A stretch of 48,722 bases of DNA from an uncultured Ruminococcus sp. (GTDB lineage: Bacteria; Bacillota; Clostridia; UBA1212; UBA1255): contig CADBOE010000053.1 of assembly GCA_902796205.1 (NCBI GenBank), positions 1 to 48,722 of the forward strand. Reading direction: 5' to 3'. This document shows positions 17,570 to 26,506 of the stretch, piece by piece. Position 1 is the stretch's first letter, and every line of letters begins with the position of its first letter. The notes under the pieces were generated by a model. The model did not search any database. It had not been told where the DNA came from and saw nothing but the letters and a program-made list of their open reading frames with translations. The position numbers and the translations under genes are program-made.

Positions 17570-17684
17570 GAAAATCTGCCTCCCGATCCCGCCGTAAATA
17601 GGCGTTTGAGATTCGTGTGCCCGTCAGCCGACGTGCCGTAAGCACGAACGTCCGCCAGAGCACCTGTCCGTCGATCCGCGCGGA

Positions 17685-18770
17685 TCAGTCCATGTAACCC
17701 ATGCTCGCGAGCAGCTCCGCCATCAGGACTCCGCCGCCGGCGGCTCCGCGGATGGTATTGTGGGAAAGACAGACAAATTTGATATCGTACTGGGTGTCTC
17801 TGCGAAGCCGTCCGATGGAAACGCCCATTCCGTTCTCGCGCATCCTGTCGGGGCCCGTCTGCGGACGGTTGTCTTCTTCAAAATATTTAAGGAACTGCTT
17901 CGGTGCGCTCGGAAGACGTCTCTTCTGCGCTTCGCCCTCGTAGCTGTTCCAGATGCTGATGATCTCGTCGAGCGGGGGCAGTTCGCCGTCGAACGACGCG
18001 AATACGGCGCCCATATGTCCGTCCGAAACCGGAACTCTGATGCACTGGGCGGTGAAAGCGGGGGAGTCTGCCGGAACGATGACGCCGTTTTCAAGCTTTC
18101 CGAACAGCTTAAGCGGCTCTTTCTCCGATTTTTCCTCCTCGCCGCCGATAAACGGAATCACGTTGTCGATCATTTCCGGCCACGAGCTGAAAGTCTTTCC
18201 CGCGCCTGAAATGGCCTGGTACGTGCAGACGAGCACTTTTGAAAGTCCGAAGCGCCTGAGCGGGTGGAGGGCCGGAACGTAGCTCTGGAGCGAGCAGTTC
18301 GATTTGACGGCGATGAATCCGCGCTTCGTGCCGAGGCGCTTCCTCTGGGATTCGATCACGGCCGCGTGTTCGGGATTGATCTCCGGAACGATCATCGGCA
18401 CGTCGGGGGTGAATCTGTTCGCGCTGTTGTTCGATATGACGGGACATTCGAGTTTTGCGTACCGCTCCTCGAGCTCCCTGATCTCGTCCTTCTTCATGTC
18501 GACCGCGCAGAATACGAAATCGACCTGAGACGCGATGGCTTCGGCGTCGGCTGACGCGTCCGCGACGGTGAGCCCGGCGAATTTCTCCGGGATCGGGACG
18601 GTCATGGACCATTTCTTTCCGACGGCTTCGGCGTACGGCTTTCCGGCCGATCTCGCGCTGGCCGCCAGCACCTTCACGTTAAACCAGGGATGATTTTCAA
18701 GAAGCAGCATGAATCGCTGGCCGACCATCCCGGTCGCTCCGATTATTCCTACGTTGTAACGGTCTTTCAT
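17685..18770 (-). CDS. asd: Aspartate-semialdehyde dehydrogenase
   Basis: The start is MKDRYNVGIIGATGMVGQRF with AGGAGGAG upstream. The active-site region is VKSNCSLQS. The track's extra 39 N-terminal codons overlap the riboswitch expression platform. Confidence 0.95.
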   Translation of the reverse strand: MKDRYNVGIIGATGMVGQRFMLLLENHPWFNVKVLAASARSAGKPYAEAVGKKWSMTVPIPEKFAGLTVADASADAEAIASQVDFVFCAVDMKKDEIRELEERYAKLECPVISNNSANRFTPDVPMIVPEINPEHAAVIESQRKRLGTKRGFIAVKSNCSLQSYVPALHPLRRFGLSKVLVCTYQAISGAGKTFSSWPEMIDNVIPFIGGEEEKSEKEPLKLFGKLENGVIVPADSPAFTAQCIRVPVSDGHMGAVFASFDGELPPLDEIISIWNSYEGEAQKRRLPSAPKQFLKYFEEDNRPQTGPDRMRENGMGVSIGRLRRDTQYDIKFVCLSHNTIRGAAGGGVLMAELLASMGYMD

Positions 18771-18803
18771 GTTCGGTTCTCCTCCTGAAGCAGAAATTGC
18801 TTT

Positions 18804-18834
18804 ATAAAAATAGGGCCGCCCTGGAGCCGGCGGC
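18804..18834 (-). terminator. Candidate riboswitch expression-platform terminator
   Basis: On the minus strand: GCCGCC, 8-nt loop, GGCGGC, then CCTATTTTTAT, about 35 nt before the asd RBS. The stem is short (6 GC pairs). Confidence 0.45.
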
Positions 18835-18869
18835 GGTGAACGTACATATGATCCGCGCTGATGGTGGCG

Positions 18870-19062
18870 GTCAACATAGCTCTCCACCGCATCCGCTCTA
18901 CGGCAGATGCGCTGACAGTCCGGCCGGTATTCCCGGAAGGACCAGATCCGGTTCCCGCGGAAGTTCCGGCTCTTCGGCGTCTCACCCTTTCGGCCTGCGA
19001 TCTTCCGGCTCCCGCGGGCCGTACTGCCGCCTAATGATGATCGACGCGCCTCTACGCGATAC
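18870..19062 (-). promoter_or_regulatory. Lysine riboswitch (L-box) in the asd-dapA-dapB leader
   Basis: The minus strand reads TAGAGGCGCGTCGATC...GGCCGAAAGGGTGAGACGCCGAAGAGCC...CTGGTCC...CCGGACTGTCAGCGCATC...GATGCGGTGGAGAGC. These match the conserved L-box blocks (AGAGGNGC, GAAAGGG..CGCCGAAG, CTGG, ACTGTCA, GTGGAGAGC) of the B. subtilis lysC and T. maritima elements. Confidence 0.85.
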
Positions 19063-19063
19063 T

Positions 19064-19091
19064 ATCATACCATTTACGCCGCAAATGTCAA
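19064..19091 (-). promoter_or_regulatory. Sigma-70-type promoter of the L-box/asd operon
   Basis: On the minus strand: TTGACA, 16 nt, TATGAT preceded by TGg (extended -10). The predicted start falls at the 5' edge of the riboswitch. Confidence 0.55.
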
Positions 19092-19106
19092 CAGGTTTTT
19101 CGGGGC

Positions 19107-19183
19107 GCGAACCGACGTGCGAACCGGCGGCGCGAACCGGCGGCGCTTACTGACGGCGCGAACCGGCGGCCGCGCAACGGCGG
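19107..19183. repeat. Five direct copies of a 12-nt GC-rich unit GCGAACCGGCGG
   Basis: Exact copies lie at 19119-19130, 19132-19143 and 19158-19169. Copies matching 10 of 12 lie at 19107-19118 and 19172-19183. The array sits between the divergent asd and ABC promoters. Confidence 0.7.
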
Positions 19184-19273
19184 GATCTGCCGCCGCGCGG
19201 TGCGGGCGGAGCTATGACGGAAGGACGTCTGACGTCGGCAAAAAAAACGTCTCCGGAGCGGGCAAAAGTATTA

Positions 19274-19302
19274 TTGACAACGGTACACAAAAAAAGTATA
19301 AT
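19274..19302 (+). promoter_or_regulatory. Consensus sigma-70 promoter of the carbohydrate locus
   Basis: TTGACA (19274-19279), exactly 17 nt, TATAAT (19297-19302), a 12/12 match. It lies ~95 nt upstream of the ATG at 19397. Confidence 0.65.
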
Positions 19303-19396
19303 GTTTTTGTTTATATTGCATAAGATAACGTGGGTCGGGGTGCTCACGCGATTTATGCTATGCAATTCTACTCAGTTTAACGGGAAGGTTGAGCGT

Positions 19397-22300
19397 ATGA
19401 ACAAGAAAAAGAAAAAGATCATCCGCATATCAATCATCCTGGCGGCGATCGTGGCCGTGGCTGTAGTGGTGCTGATACTGTACGGGAACCGCAAGGTTGG
19501 CGCCACTCAGTTTACTGTCAGGAACGTGGATCAGATGGAATTCAATCCGTTCATGTCCACCGAAAACCGCCTGGATAACAGCCTGCTTGAGTACGGTAAG
19601 GTACTTACCAAATACGGGCAGAAGGGCTATACGGACTATACCGGCGAGGATATAGTCGTTGATATGAAAAAGCTCGAATCCGCAGATTCCGGTCAGATCG
19701 TGAGACTCACGGAATTCGAGGGTTACGAAAACGGCATCAGGTTTTACAATCACAGTACGGAAGCGGAGGAGACCGTTGACTGTTCCGGATTCCCGGACGC
19801 CATCTATTCTTCGGCCGACGGTACCACGGTAACGTTTAACGTTGATGTTCCGACGACCGGTCTGTATTCGCTCAATCTCGATTTCCTGATGATCGCGGCA
19901 AAGGATTCCGATATGTACGTCGGCATCCAGATCGACAATAAGCTGCCTTTCAAAAACGCGAGCAACATGACTCTCAAAAGGATGTACGGGTTCTACAATA
20001 CGGACGTCGTGCAGAATCTCGATATCTCCGGAAACCAGATCAGACCCAAATCCCAGGAGCTCTTCGGCTGGCAGAACGTCACGATGTCGAATCCCGAGGG
20101 CGTCTACCGCGGCGAATACAAAATGTATATGAAGGAAGGAACGCGCAAGATAACGATGCGTTTCTACAATCAGCCCGGCGCCATCGGCGGCATCCGCTTC
20201 ACGGCCCCGACCGTCCTGCCCACGTACAGCGAGTATCTGAGCAAGAACGGCGGCGAGGGAGCTTCGTACGGCGGGAATGTGATCCGCTTCGAGATGGAGC
20301 AGCCTGATTATACGTCGAGCGTCAGCATCAGGATGGAATACGACAACGACTTCCGTTCGTCGCCCGCCTCGTACAAGGTCACGAGATATAATGTTTTCGG
20401 CGGCGAGCGCTGGAGCAACGGCGGAGATTCCGTCCAGTGGTCGTTCGGCGTCGAGGAGGACGGATGGTACCAGATCGGCTTCAGGTACAAATCCATAACG
20501 ACAAACGTTGCCTCATATAAAGATATCAGGATCGACGGTGAGATCCCGTTCGCGGAATTCAATGAATACTGCTTCCCGTACGCGGACGGATGGATCGGAG
20601 ACGCTCTCAAGAACGAGAAGAACGAGCCGTACATGATCTATCTTACCAAAGGCGATCACACGATTTCGTTTACGAACAAGATCGGTCCTCTGAGACATAC
20701 GTATTATTCAATAGAAGAATCCATGGATTCGATCACGTCTCTCATCAATCAGGTCGCGAAGATCACTTCCTCCACGAGAAGCTCCTCCGGCGGATACGTG
20801 GTCGACCGCAACAGAGACTGGGATCTTGAGAAAAACATTCCCGAGCTTCAGGACGATCTCGATAAATACGTCGAGGTCTTCTCGAAATGCTACGAGGATA
20901 TTTCGGCCTTCAACGGCGGAAAGCTTCCCTCGTACGGCTCTGCCGTAAAGGTGGCTTACGAGCTGTTCAGGAAAATGGCCGACGACATGGAGAAGGTTCC
21001 CACCTCCCTCAACGATATCAACAGCGCTCTTACCGGTCTCAGCAACACGATGGTCGCCATCCGCGAGCAGGCTGTGACGATCGACTATATGGAGCTTTCC
21101 GGCAAAGGCTACAATTACAGCAACGCGCGGAGCAACTTCTGGCAGGGACTGTACGTCGGCTTCATACGTTTCAAGGATACGTTCATAAAGGATTACTCAT
21201 CGGTCGGTCAGCGCGAGCGTGCCGATAAGGACATGGTCTCTCTCGAGGTTTACGTTTCCCGCGGACGCGAATACGTGGACATTCTGCGCAATCTCGTTTC
21301 CGAACAGTTCACGCCGGACTACGGAGTAAAAGTCAACGTCAACATGGTCAACGGTTCGGAAGGTCTTATAATGACGCGATACGTTGCCGGCACCGCTCCG
21401 GATCTGGCCATTGCCATCGGAGCAGGCATACCGTTCGAATTCTCCGTGAGAGGCGCGCTCCTTCCGCTCGACAAATTCGACAAGTCCTACAAGCTTGACA
21501 ACGGCACCGAGGTGCTGAGCTTCCAGGATCTTGTGGACAGATCGTACTATGAGGAGGAGCTCGTACCGTATCTCTATCAGGGCCATTATTACGGATTCCC
21601 CGAGACTCAGAACTGGGCGGCGCTCTTCTACAGAACGGACATTCTGGCCGAGCTCGACGTGAGACCGCCGGACACGTGGGATGACGTCTACAACCTCGTT
21701 CCGATCCTTACGAAAGACGGATACAGCTTCTATTTCCCGTACGGAGTAGGAAACTATACTCCTTTCCTGTTCCAGCACGGAGGAAGCTTCTATGACGAGG
21801 ACGGACTTCAGTCGAGGCTGAATACCGAGGCGGCATACAGCGCGTTCGTCGAATATGCCGATCTGTATCTGCAGTACAACTTCGTCTACGCCGCGGACTT
21901 CTATATGAGATTCAAAAACGGCGAGATGCCCGTGGGCATAGGAGACATGGGCTTCTACTGCAAGCTTAAATATTCGGCTCCCGAGCTGAACGGCAAATGG
22001 GAGATCCTGCCCGTGCCCGGACATACCGTGCGCAACGATCAGGGCGAGATCGTGGTCGACCGTTCAAACGGCGGAGCCGGAACCTGCAATATCATCATCA
22101 GCAGCACGAAGCACCCCGAAGAGGCGTGGCAGTTCGTGCAGTGGTGGTCTTCCGACGCCGTACAGGCAGAATACGGAAGGGAAGTCGAAGCAACGTTCGG
22201 CGTTGCCTCCAGGTGGAATCCCGCGAACAAGAACGCGGTCGCCACTCTCCCGTACACGCAGGAAGAGCTCGACGTCATATACAAACAGTGGGATTGGCTG

Positions 22301-22504
22301 AAAGAATCTCCGAGCACTCTCGGCGGTTACTACACGAGCCGTTATCTCGTCACGGCGCTGAACCAGACGGTGCTGCAGGGCAAGAACGCCCGCGTGGCTC
22401 TCGAGGACGCCATCAAGGAGATAAACAAGGAAATGAAGCGTAAACAGGAGGAGTACAGGATCGGCGAAGGCGGATCGGTTCTCCGTGAAACTGCAACGCC
22501 GTGA
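19397..22504 (+). CDS. TM-anchored fusion: two CBM-like beta-sandwich modules plus a C-terminal family-1 extracellular solute-binding domain (1035 aa)
   Basis: The start is MNKKKKKIIRISIILAAIVAVAVVVLILY, a single TM with no lipobox. Two internally similar modules follow (TVTFNVDVPTTGLYSLNLDF...IQIDNKLPF and SVQWSFGVEEDGWYQIGFRY...IRIDGEIPF). The C-terminal ~430 aa look like a sugar SBP (APDLAIAIG, WDDVYNLVPILTKDGYSFYFPYG). The track's 19214 start would include the promoter. Confidence 0.8.
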   Translation: MNKKKKKIIRISIILAAIVAVAVVVLILYGNRKVGATQFTVRNVDQMEFNPFMSTENRLDNSLLEYGKVLTKYGQKGYTDYTGEDIVVDMKKLESADSGQIVRLTEFEGYENGIRFYNHSTEAEETVDCSGFPDAIYSSADGTTVTFNVDVPTTGLYSLNLDFLMIAAKDSDMYVGIQIDNKLPFKNASNMTLKRMYGFYNTDVVQNLDISGNQIRPKSQELFGWQNVTMSNPEGVYRGEYKMYMKEGTRKITMRFYNQPGAIGGIRFTAPTVLPTYSEYLSKNGGEGASYGGNVIRFEMEQPDYTSSVSIRMEYDNDFRSSPASYKVTRYNVFGGERWSNGGDSVQWSFGVEEDGWYQIGFRYKSITTNVASYKDIRIDGEIPFAEFNEYCFPYADGWIGDALKNEKNEPYMIYLTKGDHTISFTNKIGPLRHTYYSIEESMDSITSLINQVAKITSSTRSSSGGYVVDRNRDWDLEKNIPELQDDLDKYVEVFSKCYEDISAFNGGKLPSYGSAVKVAYELFRKMADDMEKVPTSLNDINSALTGLSNTMVAIREQAVTIDYMELSGKGYNYSNARSNFWQGLYVGFIRFKDTFIKDYSSVGQRERADKDMVSLEVYVSRGREYVDILRNLVSEQFTPDYGVKVNVNMVNGSEGLIMTRYVAGTAPDLAIAIGAGIPFEFSVRGALLPLDKFDKSYKLDNGTEVLSFQDLVDRSYYEEELVPYLYQGHYYGFPETQNWAALFYRTDILAELDVRPPDTWDDVYNLVPILTKDGYSFYFPYGVGNYTPFLFQHGGSFYDEDGLQSRLNTEAAYSAFVEYADLYLQYNFVYAADFYMRFKNGEMPVGIGDMGFYCKLKYSAPELNGKWEILPVPGHTVRNDQGEIVVDRSNGGAGTCNIIISSTKHPEEAWQFVQWWSSDAVQAEYGREVEATFGVASRWNPANKNAVATLPYTQEELDVIYKQWDWLKESPSTLGGYYTSRYLVTALNQTVLQGKNARVALEDAIKEINKEMKRKQEEYRIGEGGSVLRETATP

Positions 22505-22524
22505 GAGGGGAGAGAGAAGAAATA

Positions 22525-23496
22525 ATGAGCAAGAAAGATTCTTCAAAAGAAGCTGTACCGGCTTCCTCGTCTCAGCCCAAAAAGAGACTGTTTAACGTTG
22601 AAAAGCGCTTCGGATATACGATGCACGAGATCTGGACGCACAAGATGTCGTACGGGCTCGTAGCGCCGTTCTTCATCCTTTTCATCACGTTCTCGCTTTT
22701 GCCGCTGATCGCGTCGCTGTATCTCAGCTTCTGCTACTGGAACATTCTGGAAAGCCCCGTGTTTACGGGATGGCAGAACTACAAATACCTTTTCGTGGAC
22801 GATTCGCTGTTCCTCAAGGCGTTCAGCAATACCCTGTATTACGCGATCATAGTCGGTCCCGTCGCTTACATCGGTTCGTATTTCTTCGCGTGGTTCATCA
22901 ACCAGGTGCCCACGAAGATCAGACCGCTGTACACGCTGGCCTTCTACGCTCCCTCTCTTACGAGCGCCATCGCCATGTCGGTAGTATGGGCGGTAATGTT
23001 CTCGAACGACAGCACGGGATATCTCAACTCCCTTCTGCTGAATCTGAATATCATCTCCGATCCCATCCAGTGGACGCAGGACGTCAACTGGATCATGCCG
23101 GTCGGTATCATCGTCGCGTTGTGGTCGAGCCTCGGCACCGGATTCCTTTCGTTCGTCGCCGGTTTCACCAACGTCGATAAAGAGCTTTACGACGCCGCCG
23201 CGGTCGACGGAGTCACCTCGAGATTCCAGCGTCTGCTTTACGTCGATATTCCGCAGACGATGCCCCAGCTGCTCTTCGCCGCCGTTCTTCAGATCACCGG
23301 ATCTCTTTCTGTCGGCGGAACGCTTGCCGGACATCCCACTCCCGAGGACGCCGGCCTTACGGTCATGCTCCACCTGAGCGACTATTCAGGTACGAGATTC
23401 GAGGTCGGGTACGCCTCCGCCATAGCGGTGGTGCTCTCGCTGCTCATCTTCGGACTGGGCCGTGCCGCATTCAAGATTCTTTCTGACAAGGGGTGA
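22525..23496 (+). CDS. Carbohydrate ABC transporter permease (MalF/CUT1-like)
   Basis: Six hydrophobic segments and the EAA loop ELYDAAAVDGVTSRFQRLLYVDIPQ. The ATG at 22525 follows a purine-rich RBS. Confidence 0.85.
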   Translation: MSKKDSSKEAVPASSSQPKKRLFNVEKRFGYTMHEIWTHKMSYGLVAPFFILFITFSLLPLIASLYLSFCYWNILESPVFTGWQNYKYLFVDDSLFLKAFSNTLYYAIIVGPVAYIGSYFFAWFINQVPTKIRPLYTLAFYAPSLTSAIAMSVVWAVMFSNDSTGYLNSLLLNLNIISDPIQWTQDVNWIMPVGIIVALWSSLGTGFLSFVAGFTNVDKELYDAAAVDGVTSRFQRLLYVDIPQTMPQLLFAAVLQITGSLSVGGTLAGHPTPEDAGLTVMLHLSDYSGTRFEVGYASAIAVVLSLLIFGLGRAAFKILSDKG

Positions 23497-23502
23497 TAGC
23501 AT

Positions 23503-24381
23503 ATGCTCAGAGTAGATCAGGTCGATGTTGATTATTTAAAGAGAGCGAAAAAACGCAAGGACTACGGCGGACGCGTCATTATGGTGTTCCTGACTCTTGC
23601 GGGTCTCGTTTCGATGCTTCCTCTTGTATATCTGGTATGTACGGCGTTCAAGCCGCCCGAGGAGCTTTTCCTTTATCCTCCGACGTTCTTCGTGAAGAAC
23701 CCTACGCTGGGTAATTTCAAGATGCTCTCGCAGGTCACCGCGAACAGCCTCGTACCGTTTACGAGATATCTTTTCAATACGGTGCTCATCACGGTCGCGT
23801 ATCTGTTCTTCCTCGTATGGGTGAACACGATGGCTTGTTATCCGCTTTCCAAGCACAATTTCCCCGGAAAGAAATTCCTGTTCAATATGGTCACGTACTC
23901 GCTGATGTTCATTGCCTCGGCAGCCGGCATCCCGCTTTACCTGATCATTACGGGGCTGCATCTGGACAACACCTATCTCGTATTCGTCATACCGGGTCTC
24001 GCCAACTCAACGGCGCTGTTCCTCATGAAGCAGTTCATGGATCAGGTGCCGAACGAGATATTCGAGGCCGGCAAGATCGACGGAGCGTCCGAATGGCAGC
24101 TTTATCAGAGAATAGCTCTTCCGCTTCTCAAGAACGCCCAGGCCACGATCATAATCCTCTGCTTCGGAGGAATATGGAACGAGTCCGGCACCTCCACCAC
24201 GTACATTTACAAGGAGCAGCTCCGTTCGCTCGGATTCTTCATGTCAACGATCGGCGGAGGCATAGCGCGACAGGGCGTCGCGGGCGTTACGGCTCTTATC
24301 ATGACATTCCCGAGCATCATCATTTTCGTGATCCAGCAGAGCAGGGTCATGGATACGATGGCGCACTCCGGTATTAAATAA
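23503..24381 (+). CDS. Carbohydrate ABC transporter permease (MalG/CUT1-like)
   Basis: EAA loop EIFEAGKIDGASEWQLYQRIALPLL; 292 aa; 6-nt gap from the upstream permease. Confidence 0.9.
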   Translation: MLRVDQVDVDYLKRAKKRKDYGGRVIMVFLTLAGLVSMLPLVYLVCTAFKPPEELFLYPPTFFVKNPTLGNFKMLSQVTANSLVPFTRYLFNTVLITVAYLFFLVWVNTMACYPLSKHNFPGKKFLFNMVTYSLMFIASAAGIPLYLIITGLHLDNTYLVFVIPGLANSTALFLMKQFMDQVPNEIFEAGKIDGASEWQLYQRIALPLLKNAQATIIILCFGGIWNESGTSTTYIYKEQLRSLGFFMSTIGGGIARQGVAGVTALIMTFPSIIIFVIQQSRVMDTMAHSGIK

Positions 24382-24394
24382 GGAGGCAGTATCG

Positions 24395-26506
24395 ATGAAA
24401 AAGAAAACCTTCAAGCTGCTCATCCTCATGCTTATCGTGGCTCTGTTCGTTACGGGCGTCGCGGTCGTTAACGCCCGCGAACCGTACGCCAGCTATTATC
24501 TGGGGGACAACGGCGCTTATCCGATCCCGGCCCCGTACGAGGTGCTGACCGTGATCGACTTCAAGACAACCGAGGAGGGCAGGCTCGCGAATCCGGAGGA
24601 TATATTCATTGACGACAACGACGTCATTTACGTCGCCGACACGGCCAACGACCGTATCGTCATAATCAATCCGATGGACGAGACCGGCACCTACACTCTC
24701 AGGAACATCATAAAAGGCGAGGGCTCGTTTTCATCCGGCGATATGTCGGCGATGAAGACTCCCAAGGGCATCTACGTCGATTCGGACGGATCGATACTGG
24801 TCGCCGACACCGGAAACAACCGCCTCGTCGAATTCACAAAATACGGCTTCTTCAAATACTCGTACGCTTCGCCTACGAGCACGATTCTTTCGTCGGAGTT
24901 CAATTACATGCCGCTTAAGGTGACGAAAGATACGAGAGGTTACATCTACGTCGCGAACTCATCCGACTCGAACGGTATTCTGATGCTCGACAACGACGGT
25001 GCGTTCCGCCAGTATTTCGGTGCAAACAAAGTGGCGCTCTCTTTCTGGGAATCCATCGCCCGCCTTCTGTGGGACCGCGAGGACCGTCTCGGAACGGTCG
25101 TCACGCTTCCGTATTCTTTCAATAACATCTACGCGAGCGACGACGGCTACATCTACGCAACCACGACGACCGTCACGCCGCCGCAGGTCAGAAAGATCAA
25201 CGCGGGCGGTTCCGACGTCGTCTATGCCGGTTACGATTTCCGCGACACGTACATCACACGTTCCCAGGGCGGAACGGCCGCTCAGAACTTCTGCGACGTT
25301 TCCGTCGACAAGCTCAACAACATGCTGATCGTCGACCAGCAGTACGGCCGTATCTACGAATATGACGAAAACGGAATAAACCTTTTCGCCTTCTCGACAA
25401 ACGGCAACGGCTACGGCCAGCTCAGCCTGCCGAGCGGAATAGAAGTCGACAGTCAGGGCCGCGTTTACGTGTTGAACAAGGGCAGCGGAACGATAACCGT
25501 TTTCCAGACCACGGAATTTGCAGCGCAGATTCACGACGCGAACGCCATGTACGCGCAGGGCAAGTATCAGGACGCGTTCCCGCTCTGGCAGAAGGTTCTC
25601 GACAGAGACAGCTACTATAACCTCGCGCTCAAAAACATGGGCGTCATCCATATGCGCGAAGAGGAATATAACGACGCTATAAAATATTTCTATCAGGCCG
25701 AGGACGCCACTCTCGCGTCGCAGGCCTTCAAGGAGATCAGGTCGGAATTCCTGCGCCAGCATTTTCCGCTGATCGCTTCGATACTCGTAGGCGTGGTTGT
25801 CCTGTGGCTCGTGCTGATCAGCATAAAGCAGGCGAGAAGACGCAAATACGGTCCGCCGCCGGAAAAAGTGAATTTCTTTACTCCCGTGAAGAACTTTTTC
25901 GGCAGGATAAAGAACGTTCTGCGCCATCCCATCGACACGTTCGAGGCTATCAGATATGAGAACCAGGGCTCGTACGCGGATATGTTCATCATCATGATCG
26001 TCTGGACCGTGGTGAACGTCGTTTCTGCATACTGCGTCGGTTTCATATACAGAGGCGGCACGCCGCTTGAATTCATAAGGCCGATGACGCTTATTCTTTC
26101 GGCGGTCCTTCCGTGGCTCGTTGTCTGCACCGTGAACTACGGTGTGACGACGATAATGTACGGCGAAGGAAGGCTCAGGGACGTATTCATCGGCGGAGCG
26201 TACTGCCACGTACCGCTTATGCTGTTCACGCTTCCTCTGTCTCTGCTCACAAATCTGCTGACTCTTGACGAGGCTTCGCTTTACAATCTTATTAACAGAC
26301 TCGTATACGTCTGGGTAGGTCTTCTGGTTTACCTGTGCATAAAGTCGATCCACGGATTCCATCCGGTGAAGGCGGTCGTCGTCACGTTCGTCACGCTGAT
26401 CGGCGTTGCGCTCGTGGTACTGCTCTTCATGATCGTTTACGGCATGGCGAACCAGCTGTTCGACTTCGTTACCCAGTTTGCAAAGGAGTTGAGTTATCTT
26501 GTCTGA
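24395..26506 (+). CDS. Fusion of signal peptide, six-bladed NHL-repeat beta-propeller, TPR-like segment and polytopic Yip1-like membrane domain
   Basis: Six NHL-like blades are visible, for example VIYVADTANDRIVIINP, SILVADTGNNRLVEF and RVYVLNKGSGTITVF. A TPR-like stretch follows (YAQGKYQDAFPLWQKVLDRDSYYNLALKNMGVIHMREEEYNDAIKYFYQA). The last 250 aa contain about 6 hydrophobic helices. Confidence 0.75.
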   Translation: MKKKTFKLLILMLIVALFVTGVAVVNAREPYASYYLGDNGAYPIPAPYEVLTVIDFKTTEEGRLANPEDIFIDDNDVIYVADTANDRIVIINPMDETGTYTLRNIIKGEGSFSSGDMSAMKTPKGIYVDSDGSILVADTGNNRLVEFTKYGFFKYSYASPTSTILSSEFNYMPLKVTKDTRGYIYVANSSDSNGILMLDNDGAFRQYFGANKVALSFWESIARLLWDREDRLGTVVTLPYSFNNIYASDDGYIYATTTTVTPPQVRKINAGGSDVVYAGYDFRDTYITRSQGGTAAQNFCDVSVDKLNNMLIVDQQYGRIYEYDENGINLFAFSTNGNGYGQLSLPSGIEVDSQGRVYVLNKGSGTITVFQTTEFAAQIHDANAMYAQGKYQDAFPLWQKVLDRDSYYNLALKNMGVIHMREEEYNDAIKYFYQAEDATLASQAFKEIRSEFLRQHFPLIASILVGVVVLWLVLISIKQARRRKYGPPPEKVNFFTPVKNFFGRIKNVLRHPIDTFEAIRYENQGSYADMFIIMIVWTVVNVVSAYCVGFIYRGGTPLEFIRPMTLILSAVLPWLVVCTVNYGVTTIMYGEGRLRDVFIGGAYCHVPLMLFTLPLSLLTNLLTLDEASLYNLINRLVYVWVGLLVYLCIKSIHGFHPVKAVVVTFVTLIGVALVVLLFMIVYGMANQLFDFVTQFAKELSYLV

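Noticed and set aside
19107-19183. Possible CRISPR array
   Set aside because: The repeat unit is only 12 nt. Copies are head-to-tail or separated by 1-14 nt rather than by ~30-nt unique spacers, and there are no cas genes in the window.
19214-19396. Upstream extension of the large SBP ORF (starting at 19214)
   Set aside because: The extension contains the consensus promoter (19274-19302) and the leader dyad. MNKKKKK plus a TM segment at 19397, with an upstream GGAAGG, is a normal start.
22590-22615. cre-like catabolite-responsive element (TGAAAAGCGCTTCG) inside the first permease gene
   Set aside because: The central CG is offset by one base from the TGNAANCGNTTNCA consensus and the 3' half does not match.
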